Below, piece by piece: positions 59,341 through 64,000 of a stretch of 64,000 nt of DNA. Under the pieces are notes generated by a model. That model was not told the origin of the DNA. It did no database searches and saw nothing but the letters and a program-made list of their open reading frames with translations. Source of the stretch: the human T2T-CHM13v2.0 reference genome, Homo sapiens; assembly GCF_009914755.1 (NCBI RefSeq), contig NC_060925.1. One strand, written 5' to 3'. A program made the position numbers and the translations under genes. Within the stretch, counting starts at the first letter, position 1, and every line of letters begins with the position of its first letter.

Positions 59341-59639
59341 CGCTCTACTGTGCAGAGGCCTTGGGGTCCCCCAGAATGCAGGGGTCTCTGATTCCACTAC
59401 TACCTCTCCTTCCTAGACTGGACTAGACTCTGGACTGGGAGCTCCTTGAGGGCAGCAACAGGGACAGGTTTCACCTGTGTCTCCCCAGCAGCCAGGACTA
59501 GGTTTTCATTCATTCATGCATGCATTCATTCATTTATGCATTAATTCATTCATTCATGATTTTTACGAGCAGCACCTGGGAGCCATGTGCCACAATCCCT
59601 CTGAGCCTCAAGGACCCTCATCTGCAAAATGGGAATATT

Positions 59640-60565
<926 letters not shown>

Positions 60566-61364
60566 AGATTGGCAGGTTATGTCTGGGTTGGATAAACCCC
60601 CAGCTTCCAGAGCGTGCGCAGGTGAGAGGGTCCCAGCCCCCTTTCTCTCGGCCTAGCAGAGCCTCCCCTTTCCTTCCTTGCCAGCCTTGCCCAGCCTCTC
60701 GCACACAGCCAGGAGTCGGGCCCCTCTGGGGTGCTCCTGGAACCAGGACTGAGGCCTGCTGGTTTCCGGGGAAGGAGGAGAAGAGAAAGAGCAGGCTGGG
60801 CGGTGAGGAGGGAGCTGCTGCCTGGCACGGGGACAGGGTTTGTTTGCACCTCTTTGAAGCCGGGAGATGAAAGCAGGACCCACATGGGCTGCCTTTGATT
60901 TTCTCCTCCCTGGGCCCCACGCAGCTGCAGCCGGGCCGGGCCCAGCCCTACACTGCCCCAGGGGGAGCAGAAGAGGCCCTAGGCTGAGGGTGTTGCTCCC
61001 CTGGGTGGCTTGGGGTAAGTGGACAAGGCATCCTCAGCCCTGGGGGATGGCCCTCCCACAGACCCACCCGAAAGAGACAGCCACAGCCTCCCTCAGGAAG
61101 AGCCAGCAGGTGCGCTGTGCAGAACCTGCGGCCCCAAACCTCTCCTCCGCCAACACCCGGATGCCCACCCTAGCGGCCAGCCCTGAAGGACAAACACAGT
61201 AAGAGCACGGAGGCTGAGAATCGGGTGGATCTCTCACCCTCTCCAAGCCTCTTTCTTAAGTATTCGTTGAGGGCCTACTGTGAGCCGGCACTATTCTAGA
61301 TGCCTCCCACTGTGTGTCACAGAGCAGATGGAATGAAATGACTGTTTAAAATGCTCAGCACTGC

Positions 61365-61671
<307 letters not shown>

Positions 61672-62954
61672 TTAGCACCGGGTCCGGCACATGGCAAGCG
61701 CCCAGTGCATTTAACCAGCCTCCCCATCATCATCGTCATCACTACTGCATTCTTCAAGGTCTCTTAACTGCCGCCAGGCTCTGAAGGGAGAGAATCAGCG
61801 GCTAGAACAGTGCCCACCCCTAGGTCCTGTCCCTCTATGTTCTGGCCTGACATCAGCCTCCTCCACTCTCCCAGATCCTTTGGGGGCAGCCCTTGGCATG
61901 GGGGAAGCCAGACCACTTCACTCTGTGGCCAGAGAATGGCAGCTCAGATCCGAGGCGTCATGCTCCAGAGACCCCCTGGCCATTATGGAGGCAAAGACCC
62001 TCAAGCAGCTGGGGGCTCCGGGTAGCAGCAAAGCTCTGGGGCCAGCAGGGGTCAGGGCCTCTGCTTTACCAGGGGGGGTGGCCTCTGCAATACTGGACCC
62101 CCCATCATTTCAGGCAGCATGGATCAGGTGTCCTAGGCCCTCCCCCCTATCCAAACAGCCTCTGGAGCCCCCGAGTCACCCCACCTCTGTGGGCAGGGAG
62201 AGCCACCTTTGTCTTCCTTCTTCTCCCGGCAGGGCGCGGACTGCACTGCTGGTTACAGCATCCTCCCACGCAGGACTTGCTCTGCTCCCAGGCAGCGCAG
62301 GGACAGAGGGTGGGAGGGCCCGTGAGCCCCTCTGGGCATGCACCTTTACTCCTGATCCTCCCTCCCTGGACCTCCTGCTGCCTCCTGTGGGTAGGGGAGG
62401 AGAGATGGTGAAACCAGGCTGGCGACAAGGAGCACAGTGGATAAGAACCAAGCACCGAGGGCTTGCGAATGACCGCTGGGTTTGTAGGCCTGGCCAATGC
62501 GGGCTCTTTCCAGGTGTGTCTCTGACCCTGGCATTGCTGTTTCCAGGCCGGCGTGGTCATCCCCATTTCACAGATGAGGAGACCAAGGCTCAAAGCCGTG
62601 GAGATGCTTGCCCACGATCACACTCTTAGTTAGTGCAGCCAGGATCTGATCTCAGGTCTGACTGATTCCAAGTCTGTGTTCTTTCCACCCACCCGCACTG
62701 CCAGGGAATTCAGCCCCTCTCCTTGGTGTGCTCACAGAGCCCCAGGCGGCTCCTCTAAAGCCTGAAACTGCGCAGCCAAGAAGCCAGCCCTGGAAATGAC
62801 TCGTGGCAGATCCAATGCTGGCCTCGGAGGCAGACCAGTCAGGTAGGACTCTCACCAACCCCATGGCCTCGGACAGGCCACCTTACCTCCTGACCTTCAT
62901 CTTCTCTGCCAGGGAAGGGGGATGGAGGCAGGATTTCCAGAAGCATGCGAGGCT

Positions 62955-63140
62955 GGCGTGATGATCTTCACCTTTTTAAATGCCTTAATAGTTTTAGATT
63001 TGTTTTATTGTGTATTAGAGCAGATAGATGTAACTAGCACATCAAATTCACAATTTCAGGGACATTTTTGCTTAGGTACTATCTACGTAAGTGAAAGAAG
63101 GGCAGCGATTTAAGGGAAAATACTAAGTAAATGAAAGCCC
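62955..63140. promoter_or_regulatory. AT-rich CNE-like block
   Basis: Unique AT-rich island in GC-rich DNA (TTTTATTG, TTAATAG, GATTTAAG). Confidence 0.35.
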
Positions 63141-64000
63141 AGGTGGTTGGAGGATACGGCTCAGGGTGTGGAGGAAGATCAGCACGCTGGTGTCTCGGCA
63201 GCAGAAACCAGCAAGAAGACCTGCATTGACCAGATCAGAGCTCAGGTGGGAAGGGGCTGGAAAGGAGTGCCCTGGCCCCCCTGGCCACATGGACAGGAGA
63301 GAGGGACTCAGGGAGGCAGGAAGGCAGAGCCCAGGAGAGGAAAGGGAGAAAGCCGAGTAGATGCATCTACCCAAGGACCCCGCGTGGAGCCTGGAAGCCA
63401 CATTGCTGCCTCCCGCCCTGGGCCACCCTGTCCGCAGCTGGCTGATGTAAAACACACATGTTTTGACTGAAGCCGCTCTCCCCCCACCTCCTGAAAAACG
63501 CCAACATTAAAGGGAGCGTAGCTTTGTAAAACTGAAACTATAAAATGCTTCTGAAACCCAGCCTGGGGGATTAAAGAAACCACATGAAAAGGGACTCGGG
63601 ACGACCTGGATGCTGACTTCCTGTTCAGAAGTTCGTTCAACATGTGCCTCCCACCCGGGCCCGTAGCGTGTATGGAGGAGTGGGAGGGAGGAGGAGGGAG
63701 GAGGAAGGCCAGGGCCAGTGGAGGCTGGCGGGTGCCTCAGGGGCCTCCAGAAACCCAGAGCATGGCTAAGTCTGAGGCCTGCAACCCTAGGCCACCGCCT
63801 TCCCAGGCCTCTGACCTCCAGGGGCTCTGGGGAAAAGGGTTGATGTTGATCTTGGCCTTGGGACCCTGCCCTGTAGTAACAGAGGGGTCAGGAGAAAAAG
63901 ACCGTAGGCACCCGATGCCCTACCTCCCTGCCTCTGCCAGTCTCCCCTGCTGTTCCCAGCATGGTCCTCCCTGGCCCTGGGCATACGGAGATGTAGAATG

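Noticed and set aside
61880-62629. 249-aa ORF
   Set aside because: Non-ATG start, GC-rich, ends in a MIR, no homology recognised.

Overview
Human (primate) intergenic DNA that is GC-rich and very Alu-dense. No credible protein-coding gene is present: the listed ORFs are Alu/L1 translations, GC-rich shadow ORFs or low-complexity reads. Recognisable content: (1) a disrupted HSPE1 (HSP10) processed pseudogene at ~23.64-24.68 kb; (2) an orphan CpG island at ~16.3-17.1 kb; (3) several AT-rich, homeodomain-motif-rich blocks resembling conserved non-coding elements, the strongest at ~33.0-33.8 kb; (4) a candidate CTCF site at ~38.0 kb; (5) many Alu, L1, L2, MIR, MaLR/ERV LTR and hAT DNA-transposon relics, often nested. 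From memory, an HSPE1 pseudogene followed ~9.6 kb later by an ultraconserved-type block fits chr1p36.22 between CASZ1 and C1orf127 (HSPE1P24, uc.10). This placement is unverified and needs BLAT. I found no new protein-based system. The most novel-looking observations are a TSD-flanked, apparently spliced and polyadenylated MER21-containing retrocopy inside the pseudogene, local inverted and direct duplications, Alu fold-back hairpins, and a probable long-range enhancer archipelago. Repeat boundaries and subfamily names were called by eye and are approximate.
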